From the NCBI GenBank assembly GCA_964016885.1, contig OZ024742.1, forward strand, positions 15,624,001 through 15,688,000: a stretch of 64,000 bases of DNA, in the 5' to 3' direction. The notes beneath the pieces are model-generated. The model searched no databases. It worked only from the letters and a program-made list of their open reading frames with translations, and was not told the origin of the DNA. Below are positions 25,596-40,290 of this stretch, one piece after another. Origin of the DNA: Eledone cirrhosa. Its lineage: Eukaryota. Positions within the stretch are counted from its first letter, which is position 1, and each line of letters starts with the position of its first letter. The translations under genes and the position numbers were made by a program.

Positions 25596-28500
25596 GTGAT
25601 TATTAAAGAACCTCAGAGTAAAGTGTGATTATTAAAGAACCTCAGAGTAAAGTGTGATTATTAAAGAACCAGAGAGTAAAGTGTGATTATTAAAGAACCT
25701 CAGAGTAAAGTGTGATTATTAAAGAACCACAGAGTAAAGTGTGATTATTAAAGAACCTCAGAGTAAAGTGTGATTATTAAAGAACCACAGAGTAAAGTGT
25801 GATTATTAAAGAACCTCAGAGTAAAGTGTGATTATTAAAGAACCTCAGAGTAAAGTGTGATTATTAAAGAACCTCAGAGTAAAGTGTGATTATTAAAGAA
25901 CCACAGAGTAAAGTGTGATTATTAAAGAACCTCAGAGTAAAGTGTGATTATTAAAGAACCTCAGAGAAAAGTGTGATTATTAAAGAACCTCAGAGTAAAG
26001 TGTGATTATTAAAGAACCTCAGAGTAAAGTGTGATTATTAAAGAACCACAGAGTAAAGTGTGATTATTAAAGAACCTCAGAGTAAAGTGTGATTATTAAA
26101 GAACCTCAGAGAAAAGTGTGATTATTAAAGAACCTCAGAGTAAAGTGTGATTATTAAAGAACCTCAGTGTCATGTGTGATTTTAAAGAACCTCAGAGTAA
26201 AGTGTGATTATTAAAGAACCACAGAGTAAAGTGTTATTATTAAAGAACCACAGAGTAAAGTGTGATTATTAAAGAACCTCAGAGTAAAGTGTGATTATTA
26301 AAGAATCACAGAGTAAAGTGTGATTATTAAAGAACCACAGAGTAAAGTGTGATTATTAAAGAACCTCAGAGCAAAGTGTGATTATTAAAGAACCTCAGAG
26401 TAAAGTGTGATTATTAAAGAACCACAGAGTAAAGTGTGATTATTAAAGAACCTCAGTGTAAAGTGTTGATTATTAAAGAACCTCAGAGTAAAGTGTGATT
26501 ATTAAAGAACCTCAGAGTAAAGTGTGATTATTAAAGAACCTCAGAGGAAAGTGTGATTATTAAAGAACCTCAGAGTAAAGTGTGATTATTAAAGAACCTC
26601 AGAGTAAAGTGTGATTATTAAAGAACCACAGAGTAAAGTGTGATTATTAAAGAACCTCAGAGTAAAGTGTGATTATTAAAGAACCTCAGAGGAAAAGTGT
26701 GATTATTAAAGAACCTCAGAGTAAAGTGTGATTATTAAAGAACCCCAGAGTAAAGTGTGATTATTAAGGAACCTCAGAGTAAAGTGTGATTATTAAAGAA
26801 CCACAGAGTAAAGTGTGATTATTAAAGAAACTCAGAGTAAAGTGTGATTATTAAAGAACCACAGAGTAAAGTGTGATTATTAAAGAACCACAGAGAAATG
26901 TGTGATTATTAAAGAACCACAGAGTAAAGTGTGATTATTAAAGAACCTCAGAGTAAAGTGTGATTATTAAAGAATCACAGAGTAAAGTGTGATTATTAAA
27001 GAACCACAGAGTAAAGTGTGATTATTAAAGAACCACAGAGTAAAGTGTGATTATTAAAGCACCACAGAGTACAGTGTAATTATTAAAGAACCTCAGTGTC
27101 ATGTGTGATTATTAAAGAACCTCAGAGTAAAGTGTGATTATTAAAGAACCAGAGAGTAAAGTGTTATTATTAAAGAACCACAGAGAAAAGTGTGATTATT
27201 AAAGAACCTCAGAGTAAAGTGTGATTATTAAAGAACCACAGAGTAAAGTGTGATTATTAAAGAACCACAGAGTAAAGTGTGATTATTAAAGAACCACAGA
27301 GTAAAGTGTGATTATTAAAGTACCACAGAGTACAGTGTAATTATTAAAGAACCTCAGTGTCATGTGTGATTATTAAAGAACCTCAGAGTAAAGTGTGATT
27401 ATTAAAGAACCACAGAGTAAAGTGTTATTATTAAAGAACCACAGAGAAATGTGAGATTATTAAAGACCCACAGAGTAAAGGGTGATTATTAAAGAACCTC
27501 AGAGCAAAGTGTGATTATTAAAGAACCTCAGAGTAAAGTGTGATTATTAAAGAACCTCAGAGTAAAGTGTGATTATTAAAGAACCTCAGAGTAAAGTGTG
27601 ATTATTAAAGAACCACAGAGTAAAGTGTGATTATTAAAGAACCACAGAGTAAAGTGTGATTATTAAAGAACCTCAGAGTAAAGTGTGATTATTAAAGAAC
27701 CACAGAGAAATGTGTGATTATTAAAGAACCACAGAGTAAAGTGTGATTATTAAAGAACCTCAGAGTAAAGTGTGATTATTAAAGAACCTCAGAGTAAAGT
27801 GTGATTATTAAAGAAGCAGTGTCATGTGCGATTATTAAAGAACCACAGAGTAAAGTGTGATTATTAAAGAACCTCAGAGTAAAGTGTGATTATTAAAGAA
27901 CCTCAGAGTAAAGTGTGCTTATTAAAGAACCTCAGAGTTAAGTGTGATTATTAAAGAAACTCAGGGTAAAGTGTGATTATTAAAGTACCACAGAGTACAG
28001 TGTAATTATTAAAGAACCTCAGTGTCATGTGTGATTATTAAAGAACCTCAGAGTAAAGTGTGATTATTAAAGAACCACAGAGTAAAGTGTTATTATTAAA
28101 GAACCTCAGAGAAATGTGTGATTATTAAAGAACCACAGAGTAAAGTGTGATTATTAAAGAACCTCAGAGTAAAGTATGATTATTAAAGAACCACAGAGTA
28201 AAGTGTGATTATTAAAGAACCTCAGAGAAATGTGTGTTTATTAACGAACCACAGAGTAAAGTGTGATTATTAAAGAACCTCAGAGTAATGTGTGATTATT
28301 AAAGAACCACAGAGTAAAGTGTGATTATTAAAGAACCTCAGATTAAAGTGTGATTATTAAAGAACCTCAGAGTAAAGTGTGATTATTAAAGAACCACTGA
28401 GAAATGTGTGATTATTAAAGAACCACAGAGTAAAGTGTGATTATTAAAGAAGCACAGAGTAAAGTGTGATTATTAAAAAATCTCAGAGTAAAGTATGATT

Positions 28501-28669
28501 ATTAAAGAACCACAGAGTAAAGTGTGATTATTAAAGAACCACAGAGAAATGTGTGATTATTAAAGAACCACAGAGTAAAGTGTGATTATTAAAGAACCAC
28601 AGAGTAAAGTGTGATTATTAAAGAACCACAGAGTAAAGTGTGATTATTAAAGTACCACAGAGTACAGTG

Positions 28670-31600
28670 TAATTATTAAAGAACCTCAGTGTCATGTGTG
28701 ATTTTAAAGAACCTCAGAGTAAAGTGTGATTATTAAAGAACCACAGAGTAAAGTGTTATTATTAAAGAACCACAGAGAAATGTGAGATTATTAAAGACCC
28801 ACAGAGTAAAGGGTGATTATTAAAGAACCTCAGAGCAAAGTGTGATTATTAAAGAACCTCAGAGTAAAGTGTTGATTATTAAAGAACCTCAGAGTAAAGT
28901 GTGATTATTAAAGAACCTCAGAGTAAAGTGTGATTATTAAAGAACCTCAGAGTAAAGTGAGATTATTAAAGAACCTCAGAGTAAAGTGTGATTATTAAAG
29001 AACCTCAGAGTAAAGTGTGATTATTAAAGAACCACAGAGTAAAGTGTGATTATTAAAGAACCATACAGAAATGTGAGATTATTAAAGAACCACAGAGTAA
29101 AGTGTGATTATTAAAGAACCTCAGAGTAAAGTGTGATTATTAAAGAACCTCAGAGGAAAAGTGTGATTATTAAAGAACCTCAGAGTAAAGTGTGATTATT
29201 AAAGAACCCCAGAGTAAAGTGTGATTATTAAGGAACCTCAGAGTAAAGTGTGATTATTAAAGAACCACAGAGTAAAGTGTGATTATTAAAGAAACTCAGA
29301 GTAAAGTGTGATTATTAAAGAACCACAGAGTAAAGTGTGTTTATTAAAGAACCACAGAGAAATGTGTGATTATTAAAGAACCACAGAGTAAAGTGTGATT
29401 ATTAAAGAACCTCAGAGTAAAGTGTGATTATTAAAGAACCACAGAGTAAAGTGTGATTATTAAAGAACCACAGAGTAAAGTGTGATTATTAAAGAACCAC
29501 AGAGTAAAGTGTGATTATTAAAGTACCACAGAGTACAGTGTAATTATTAAAGAACCTCAGTGTCATGTGTGATTATTAAAGAACCTCAGAGTAAAGTGTG
29601 ATTATTAAAGAACCAGAGAGTAAAGTGTTATTATTAAAGAACCACAGAGTAAAGTGTGATTATTAAAGAACCTCAGAGTAAAGTGTGATTATTAAAGAAC
29701 CACAGAGTAAAGTGTGATTATTAAAGAACCACAGAGTAAAGTGTGATTATTAAAGAACCACAGAGAAAAGTGTGATTATTAAAGTACCACAGAGTACAGT
29801 GTAATTATTAAAGAACCTCAGTGTCATGTGTGATTATTAAAGAACCTCAGAGTAAAGTGTGATTATTAAAGAACCACAGAGTAAAGTGTTATTATTAAAG
29901 AACCACAGAGAAATGTGAGATTATTAAAGACCCACAGAGTAAAGGGTGATTATTAAAGAACCTCAGAGCAATGTGTGATTATTAAAGAACCTCAGAGTAA
30001 AGTGTGATTATTAAAGAACCACAGAGTAAAGTGTGATTATTAAAGAACCACAGAGTAAAGTGTGATTATTAAAGAACCTCAGAGTAAAGTGTTGATTATT
30101 AAAGAACCTCAGAGTAAAGTGTGATTATTAAAGAACCTCAGAGTAAAGTGTGATTATTAAAGAACCACAGAGTAAAGTGTAATTATTAAAGAACCTCAGT
30201 GTCATGTGTGATTTTAAAGAACCTCAGAGTAAAGTGTGATTATTAAAGAACCACAGAGTAAAGTGTTATTATTAAAGAACCACAGAGAAATGTGAGATTA
30301 TTAAAGACCCACAGAGTAAAGGGTGATTATTAAAGAACCTCAGAGCAAAGTGTGATTATTAAAGAACCTCAGAGTAAAGTGTTGATTATTAAAGAACCTC
30401 AGAGTAAAGTGTGATTATTAAAGAACCTCAGAGTAAAGTGTGATTATTAAAGAACCTCAGAGTAAAGTGAGATTATTAAAGAACCTCAGAGTAAAGTGTG
30501 ATTATTAAAGAACCTCAGAGTAAAGTGTGATTATTAAAGAACCACAGAGTAAAGTGTGATTATTAAAGAACCATACAGAAATGTGAGATTATTAAAGAAC
30601 CACAGAGTAAAGTGTGATTATTAAAGAACCTCAGAGTAAAGTGTGATTATTAAAGAACCTCAGAGGAAAAGTGTGATTATTAAAGAACCTCAGAGTAAAG
30701 TGTGATTATTAAAGAACCCCAGAGTAAAGTGTGATTATTAAGGAACCTCAGAGTAAAGTGTGATTATTAAAGAACCACAGAGTAAAGTGTGATTATTAAA
30801 GAAACTCAGAGTAAAGTGTGATTATTAAAGAACCACAGAGTAAAGTGTGTTTATTAAAGAACCACAGAGAAATGTGTGATTATTAAAGAACCACAGAGTA
30901 AAGTGTGATTATTAAAGAACCTCAGAGTAAAGTGTGATTATTAAAGAACCACAGAGTAAAGTGTGATTATTAAAGAACCACAGAGTAAAGTGTGATTATT
31001 AAAGAACCACAGAGTAAAGTGTGATTATTAAAGTACCACAGAGTACAGTGTAATTATTAAAGAACCTCAGTGTCATGTGTGATTATTAAAGAACCTCAGA
31101 GTAAAGTGTGATTATTAAAGAACCAGAGAGTAAAGTGTTATTATTAAAGAACCACAGAGTAAAGTGTGATTATTAAAGAACCTCAGAGTAAAGTGTGATT
31201 ATTAAAGAACCACAGAGTAAAGTGTGATTATTAAAGAACCACAGAGTAAAGTGTGATTATTAAAGAACCACAGAGAAAAGTGTGATTATTAAAGTACCAC
31301 AGAGTACAGTGTAATTATTAAAGAACCTCAGTGTCATGTGTGATTATTAAAGAACCTCAGAGTAAAGTGTGATTATTAAAGAACCACAGAGTAAAGTGTT
31401 ATTATTAAAGAACCACAGAGAAATGTGAGATTATTAAAGACCCACAGAGTAAAGGGTGATTATTAAAGAACCTCAGAGCAATGTGTGATTATTAAAGAAC
31501 CTCAGAGTAAAGTGTGATTATTAAAGAACCTCAGAGTAAAGTGTGATTATTAAAGAACCACAGAGTAAAGTGTGATTATTAAAGAACCTCAGAGTAAAGT

Positions 31601-31680
31601 GTTGATTATTAAAGAACCTCAGAGTAAAGTGTGATTATTAAAGAACCTCAGAGTAAAGTGTGATTATTAAAGAACCACAG
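28670..31680 (+). repeat. Tandem duplication with 1,510-bp period; a third related copy lies at ~32970-34560
   Basis: gaacctcagtgtcatgtgtgattttaaag at 28681/30191 (also 32974); cagaggaaaa at 29151/30661/33531; the gtgtgtttatt variant is present in all three copies. Confidence 0.88.
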
Positions 31681-34600
31681 AGTAAAGTGTGATTATTAAA
31701 GAACCTCAGAGTAAAGTGTGATTATTAAAAAACCACAGAGAAATGTGTGATTATTAAAGAACCACAGAGTAAAGTGTGATTATTAAAGAACCTCAGAGTA
31801 AAGTGTGATTATTAAAGAAGCAGTGTCATGTGCGATTATTAAAGAACCACAAAGTAAAGTGTGATTATTAAAGAACCTCAGAGTAAAGTGTGATTATTAA
31901 AGAACCTCAGAGTAAAGTGTGATTATTAAAGAACCTCAGAGTTAAGTGTGATTATTAAAGAAACTCAGGGTAAATTGTGATTATTAAAGTACCACAGAGT
32001 ACAGTGTAATTATTAAAGAACCTCAGTGTCATGTGTGATTATTAAAGAACCTCAGAGTAAAGTGTGATTATTAAAGAACCACAGAGTAAAGTGTTATTAT
32101 TAAAGAACCTCAGAGAAATGTGTGATTATTAAAGAACCACAGAGTAATGTGTGATTATTAAAGAACCTCAGATAAAGTATGATTATTAAAGAACCACAGA
32201 GTAATGTGTGATTATTAAAGAACCTCAGAGAAATGTGTGATTATTAAAGAACCTCAGAGAAATGTGTGATTATTAAAGAACCACAGAGTAAAGTGTGATT
32301 ATTAAAGAACTTCAAAGTAAAGTGTGATTATTAAAGAACCATACAGAAATGTGAGATTATTAAAGAACCACAGAGTAAAGTGTGATTATTAAAGAACCAC
32401 AGAGAAATGTGTGATTATTAAAGATCCACAGAGTAAAGTGTGATTAATAAAGAACCACAGAGAAATGTATGATTATTAACGAACCACAGAGTAAAGTGTG
32501 ATTATTAAAGAACCTCAGAGAAATGTGTGATTATTAAAGAACCACAGAGTAAAGTGTGATTATTAAAGAACCTCAGAGTAATGTGTGATTATTAAAGAAC
32601 CACAGAGTAAAGTGTGATTATTAAAGAACCTCAGATTAAAGTGTGATTATTAAAGAACCTCAGAGTAAAGTGTGATTATTAAAGAACCACTGAGAAATGT
32701 GTGATTATTAAAGAACCACAGAGTAAAGTGTGATTATTAAAGAAGCACAGAGCAAAGTGTGATTATTAAAAAACCTCAGAGTAAAGTATGATTATTAAAG
32801 AACCACAGAGTAAAGTGTGATTATTAAAGAACCACAGAGAAATGTGTGATTATTAAAGAACCACAGAGTAAAGTGTGATTATTAAAGAACCACAGAGTAA
32901 AGTGTGATTATTAAAGAACCACAGAGTAAAGTGTGATTATTAAAGTACCACAGAGTACAGTGTAATTATTAAAGAACCTCAGTGTCATGTGTGATTTTAA
33001 AGAACCTCAGAGTAAAGTGTGATTATTAAAGAACCACAGAGTAAAGTGTTATTATTAAAGAACCACAGAGAAATGTGAGATTATTAAAGACCCACAGAGT
33101 AAAGGGTGATTATTAAAGAACCTCAGAGGAAAGTGTGATTATTAAAGAACCTCAGAGTAAAGTGTGATTATTAAAGAACCTCAGAGTAAAGTGTGATTAT
33201 TAAAGAACCACAGAGTAAAGTGTGATTATTAAAGAACCTCAGAGTAAAGTGTTGATTATTAAAGAACCTCAGAGTAAAGTGTGATTATTAAAGAACCTCA
33301 GAGTAAAGTGTGATTATTAAAGAACCTCAGAGTAAAGTGTGATTATTAAAGAACCTCAGAGTAAAGTGTGATTATTAAAGAACCTCAGAGTAAAGTGTGA
33401 TTATTAAAGAACCACAGAGTAAAGTGTGATTATTAAAGAACCATACAGAAATGTGAGATTATTAAAGAACCACAGAGTAAAGTGTGATTATTAAAGAACC
33501 TCAGAGTAAAGTGTGATTATTAAAGAACCTCAGAGGAAAAGTGTGATTATTAAAGAACCTCAGAGTAAAGTGTGATTATTAAAGAACCCCAGAGTAAAGT
33601 GTGATTATTAAGGAACCTCAGAGTAAAGTGTGATTATTAAAGAACCACAGAGTAAAGTGTGATTATTAAAGAAACTCAGAGTAAAGTGTGATTATTAAAG
33701 AACCACAGAGTAAAGTGTGTTTATTAAAGAACCACAGAGAAATGTGTGATTATTAAAGAACCACAGAGTAAAGTGTGATTATTAAAGAACCTCAGAGTAA
33801 AGTGTGATTATTAAAGAACCACAGAGTAAAGTGTGATTATTAAAGAACCACAGAGTAAAGTGTGATTATTAAAGAACCACAGAGTAAAGTGTGATTATTA
33901 AAGTACCACAGAGTACAGTGTAATTATTAAAGAACCTCAGTGTCATGTGTGATTATTAAAGAACCTCAGAGTAAAGTGTGATTATTAAAGAACCAGAGAG
34001 TAAAGTGTTATTATTAAAGAACCACAGAGTAAAGTGTGATTATTAAAGAACCTCAGAGTAAAGTGTGATTATTAAAGAACCACAGAGTAAAGTGTGATTA
34101 TTAAAGAACCACAGAGTAAAGTGTGATTATTAAAGAACCACAGAGAAAAGTGTGATTATTAAAGTACCACAGAGTACAGTGTAATTATTAAAGAACCTCA
34201 GTGTCATGTGTGATTATTAAAGAACCTCAGAGTAAAGTGTGATTATTAAAGAACCACAGAGTAAAGTGTTATTATTAAAGAACCACAGAGAAATGTGAGA
34301 TTATTAAAGACCCACAGAGTAAAGGGTGATTATTAAAGAACCTCAGAGCAATGTGTGATTATTAAAGAACCTCAGAGTAAAGTGTGATTATTAAAGAACC
34401 TCAGAGTAAAGTGTGATTATTAAAGAACCACAGAGTAAAGTGTGATTATTAAAGAACCTCAGAGTAAAGTGTTGATTATTAAAGAACCTCAGAGTAAAGT
34501 GTGGTTATTAAAGAACCTCAGAGTAAAGTGTGATTATTAAAGAACCACAGAGTAAAGTGTGATTATTAAAGAACCTCAGAGTAAAGTGTGATTATTAAAG

Positions 34601-34949
34601 AACCACAGAGAAATGTGTGATTATTAAAGAACCACAGAGTAAAGTGTGATTATTAAAGAACCTCAGAGTAAAGTGTGATTATTAAAGAAGCAGTGTCATG
34701 TGCGATTATTAAAGAACCACAAAGTAAAGTGTGATTATTAAAGAACCTCAGAGTAAAGTGTGATTATTAAAGAACCTCAGAGTAAAGTGTGATTATTAAA
34801 GAAGCTCAGAGTTAAGTGTGATTATTAAAGAATCTCAGGGTAAAGTGTGATTATTAAAGTACCACAGAGTACAGTGTAATTATTAAAGAACCTCAGTGTC
34901 ATGTGTGATTATTAAAGAACCACAGAGTAAAGTGTGAATATTAAAGAAC

Positions 34950-37900
34950 CTCAGAGTAAAGTGTGATTATTAAAGAACCTCAGAGTAAAGTGTGATTATT
35001 AAAGAACCTCAGAGTAAAGTGTGATTATTAAAGAAGCAGTGTCATGTGCGATTATTAAAGAACCACAGAGTAAAGTGTGAATATTAAAGAACCTCAGAGT
35101 AAAGTGTGATTATTAAAGAACCTCAGAGTAAAGTGTGATTATTAAAGCACCTCAGAGTTAAGTGTGATTATTAAAGAAACTCAGGGTAAAGTGTGATTAT
35201 TAAAGTACCACAGAGTACAGTGTAATTATTAAAGAACCTCAGTGTCATGTGTGATTATTAAAGAACCTCAGAGTAAAGTGTGATTATTAAAGAACCACAG
35301 AGTAAAGTGTTATTATTAAAGAACCTCAGAGAAATGTGTGATTATTAAAGAACCACAGAGTAAAGTGTGATTATTAAAGAACCTCAGAGTAAAGTATGAT
35401 TATTAAAGAACCACAGAGTAAAGCGTGATTATTAAAGAACCTCAGAGAAATGTGTGATTATTAAAGAACCACAGAGTAAAGTGTGATTATTAAAGAACCT
35501 CAGAGTAAAGTGTGATTATTAAAGAACCACAGAGTAAAGTGTGATTATTAAAGAACCTCAGAGTAAAGTGTGATTATTAAAGAACCTCAGAGTAAAGTGT
35601 GATTATTAAAGAACCACTGAGAAATGTGTGATTATTAAAGAACCACAGAGGAAAGTGTGATTATTAAAGAAGCACAGAGTAAAGTGTGATTATTTAAAAA
35701 CCTCAGAGTAAAGTGTGATTATTAAAGAACCACAGAGTAAAGTGTGATTATTAAAGAACCTCAGAGAAATGTGTGATTCTTAAAGAACCTCAGAGTAAAG
35801 TGTGATTATTAAAGAACCACAGAGAAATGTGTGATTATTAAAGAACCACAGAGTAAAGTGCGATTATTAAAGAACCTCAGAGTAAAGTGTGATTATTAAA
35901 GAACCTCAGAGTAAAGTGTGATAATTAAAGAACCACACAGAAATGTGTGATTATTAAAGAACCACAGAGTAAAGTGTGATTAATAAAGAACCACAGAGAA
36001 ATGTGTGATTATTAACGAACCACAGAGTAAAGTGTGATTATTAAAGAACCACAGAGAAATGTGTGATTATTAAAGAACCTCAGAGTAAAGTGTGATTATT
36101 AAAGAACCTCAGAGTAAAGTGTGATTATTAAAGAACCTCAGAGTAAAGTGTGATTATTAAAGAACCACGGAGTAAAGTGTGATTATTAAAGAACCTCAGA
36201 GTAAAATGTGATTATTAAAGAACCATACAGAAATGTGAGATTATTAAAGAACCACAGAGTAAAGTGTGATTATTAAAGAACCTCAGAGTAAAGTGTGATT
36301 ATTAAAGAACCTCAGAGTAAAGTGTGATTATTAAAGAACCTCAGAGTAAAGTGTGATTATTAAAGAACCTCAGAGTAAAGTGTGATTATTAAAGAACCAC
36401 AGAGTAAAGTGTGATTATTAAAGAACCTCAGAGTAAAGTGTGATTATTAAAGAACCTCAGAGAAAAGTGTGATTATTAAAGAACCTCAGAGTAAAGTGTG
36501 ATTATTAAAGAACCTCAGAGTAAAGTGTGATTATTAAAGAACCACAGAGTAAAGTGTGATTATTAAAGAACCTCAGAGTAAAGTGTGATTATTAAAGAAC
36601 CTCAGAGAAAAGTGTGATTATTAAAGAACCTCAGAGTAAAGTGTGATTATTGAAGAACCTCAGAGTAAAGTGTGATTATTAAAGAACCACAGAGTAAAGT
36701 GTGATTATTAAAGAACCTCAGAGTAAAGTGTGATTATTAAAGAACCATACAGAAATGTGAGATTATTAAAGAACCACAGAGTAAAGTGTGATTATTGAAG
36801 AACCTCAGAGTAAAGTGTGATTATTAAAGAACCTCAGAGGAAAAGTGTGATTATTAAAGAACCTCAGAGTAAAGTGTGATTATTAAAGAATCCCAGAGTA
36901 AAGTGTGATTATTAAGGAACCTCAGAGTAAAGTGTGATTATTAAAGAACCACAGAGTAAAGTGTGATTATTAAAGAAACTCAGAGTAAAGTGTGATTATT
37001 AAAGAACCACAGAGTAAAGTGTGATTATTAAAGAACCACAGAGAAATGTGTGATTATTAAAGAACCAAAGAGTAAAGTGTGATTATTAAAGAACCTCAGA
37101 GTAAAGTGTGATTATTAAAGAAGCTCAGAGTTAAGTGTGATTATTAAAGAATCTCAGGGTAAAGTGTGATTATTAAAGTACCACAGAGTACAGTGTAATT
37201 ATTAAAGAACCTCAGTGTCATGTGTGATTATTAAAGAACCTCAGAGTAAAGTGTGATTATTAAAGAACCAGAGAGTAAAGTGTTATTATTAAAGAACCTC
37301 AGAGAAATGTGTGATTATTAAAGAACCACAGAGTAATGTGTGATTATTAAAGAACCTCAGATAAAGTATGATTATTAAAGAACCACAGAGTAATGTGTGA
37401 TTATTAAAGAACCTCAGAGAAATGTGTGATTATTAAAGAACCTCAGAGAAATGTGTGATTATTAAAGAACCACAGAGTAAAGTGTGATTATTAAAGAACT
37501 TCAAAGTAAAGTGTGATTATAAAAGAACCATACAGAAATGTGAGATTATTAAAGAACCACAGAGTAAAGTGTGATTATTAAAGAACCTCAGAGAAATGTG
37601 TGATTATTAAAGAACCTCAGAGTAAAGTGTGATTATTAAAGAACCACAGAGAAATGTGTGATTATTAAAGAACCACAGAGTAAAGTGCGATTATTAAAGA
37701 ACCTCAGAGAAATGTGTGATTATTAAAGAACCTCAGAGTAAAGTGTGATAATTAAAGAACCACAGAGAAATGTGTGATTATTAAAGAACCACAGAGTAAA
37801 GTGTGATTATTAAAGAACCACAGAGTAAAGTGTGATTATTAAAGAACCTCAGAGAAATGTGTGATTATTAAAGAACCTCAGAGTAAAGTGTGATTATTAA

Positions 37901-40290
37901 AGAACCACAGAGAAATGTGTGATTATTAAAGAACCACAGAGTAAAGTGTGATTATTAAAGAACCTCAGAGTAAAGTGTTGATTATTAAAGAACCTCAGAG
38001 TAAAGTGTGATTATTAAAGAACCTCAGAGTAAAGTGTGATTATTAAAGAACCACAGAGTAAAGTGTGATTATTAAAGAACCTCAGAGTAAAGTGTGATTA
38101 TTAAAGAACCACAGAGAAATGTGTGATTATTAAAGAACCACAGAGTAAAGTGTGATTATTAAAGAACCTCAGAGTAAAGTGTGATTATTAAAGAACCTCA
38201 GAGTAAAGTGTGATTATTAAAGAAGCAGTGTCATGTGCGATTATTAAAGAACCACAGAGTAAAGTGTGAATATTAAAGAACCTCAGAGTAAAGTGTGATT
38301 ATTAAAGAACCTCAGAGTAAAGTGTGATTATTAAAGCACCTCAGAGTTAAGTGTGATTATTAAAGAAACTCAGGGTAAAGTGTGATTATTAAAGTACCAC
38401 AGAGTACAGTGTAATTATTAAAGAACCTCAGTGTCATGTGTGATTATTAAAGAACCTCAGAGTAAAGTGTGATTATTAAAGAACCACAGAGTAAAGTGTT
38501 ATTATTAAAGAACCTCAGAGAAATGTGTGATTATTAAAGAACCACAGAGTAAAGTGTGATTATTAAAGAACCTCAGAGTAAAGTATGATTATTAAAGAAC
38601 CACAGAGTAAAGCGTGATTATTAAAGAACCTCAGAGAAATGTGTGATTATTAAAGAACCACAGAGTAAAGTGTGATTATTAAAGAACCTCAGAGTAAAGT
38701 GTGATTATTAAAGAACCACAGAGTAAAGTGTGATTATTAAAGAACCTCAGAGTAAAGTGTGATTATTAAAGAACCTCAGAGTAAAGTGTGATTATTAAAG
38801 AACCACTGAGAAATGTGTGATTATTAAAGAACCACAGAGGAAAGTGTGATTATTAAAGAAGCACAGAGTAAAGTGTGATTATTTAAAAACCTCAGAGTAA
38901 AGTGTGATTATTAAAGAACCACAGAGTAAAGTGTGATTATTAAAGAACCTCAGAGAAATGTGTGATTCTTAAAGAACCTCAGAGTAAAGTGTGATTATTA
39001 AAGAACCACAGAGAAATGTGTGATTATTAAAGAACCACAGAGTAAAGTGCGATTATTAAAGAACCTCAGAGTAAAGTGTGATTATTAAAGAACCTCAGAG
39101 TAAAGTGTGATAATTAAAGAACCACACAGAAATGTGTGATTATTAAAGAACCACAGAGTAAAGTGTGATTAATAAAGAACCACAGAGAAATGTGTGATTA
39201 TTAACGAACCACAGAGTAAAGTGTGATTATTAAAGAACCACAGAGAAATGTGTGATTATTAAAGAACCTCAGAGTAAAGTGTGATTATTAAAGAACCTCA
39301 GAGTAAAGTGTGATTATTAAAGAACCTCAGAGTAAAGTGTGATTATTAAAGAACCACGGAGTAAAGTGTGATTATTAAAGAACCTCAGAGTAAAATGTGA
39401 TTATTAAAGAACCATACAGAAATGTGAGATTATTAAAGAACCACAGAGTAAAGTGTGATTATTAAAGAACCTCAGAGTAAAGTGTGATTATTAAAGAACC
39501 TCAGAGTAAAGTGTGATTATTAAAGAACCTCAGAGTAAAGTGTGATTATTAAAGAACCTCAGAGTAAAGTGTGATTATTAAAGAACCACAGAGTAAAGTG
39601 TGATTATTAAAGAACCTCAGAGTAAAGTGTGATTATTAAAGAACCTCAGAGAAAAGTGTGATTATTAAAGAACCTCAGAGTAAAGTGTGATTATTAAAGA
39701 ACCTCAGAGTAAAGTGTGATTATTAAAGAACCACAGAGTAAAGTGTGATTATTAAAGAACCTCAGAGTAAAGTGTGATTATTAAAGAACCTCAGAGAAAA
39801 GTGTGATTATTAAAGAACCTCAGAGTAAAGTGTGATTATTGAAGAACCTCAGAGTAAAGTGTGATTATTAAAGAACCACAGAGTAAAGTGTGATTATTAA
39901 AGAACCTCAGAGTAAAGTGTGATTATTAAAGAACCATACAGAAATGTGAGATTATTAAAGAACCACAGAGTAAAGTGTGATTATTGAAGAACCTCAGAGT
40001 AAAGTGTGATTATTAAAGAACCTCAGAGGAAAAGTGTGATTATTAAAGAACCTCAGAGTAAAGTGTGATTATTAAAGAATCCCAGAGTAAAGTGTGATTA
40101 TTAAGGAACCTCAGAGTAAAGTGTGATTATTAAAGAACCACAGAGTAAAGTGTGATTATTAAAGAAACTCAGAGTAAAGTGTGATTATTAAAGAACCACA
40201 GAGTAAAGTGTGATTATTAAAGAACCACAGAGAAATGTGTGATTATTAAAGAACCAAAGAGTAAAGTGTGATTATTAAAGAACCACAGAG
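34950..40290 (+). repeat. ~2.1-kb block duplicated at 3,189-bp offset, separated by ~1 kb of other array variants
   Basis: aagaagcagt 35031/38220; agaaccacgg 36161/39350. The rare gattctt, ttgaag, gaatccc and accaaag variants occur in the same order in both copies. Confidence 0.88.
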
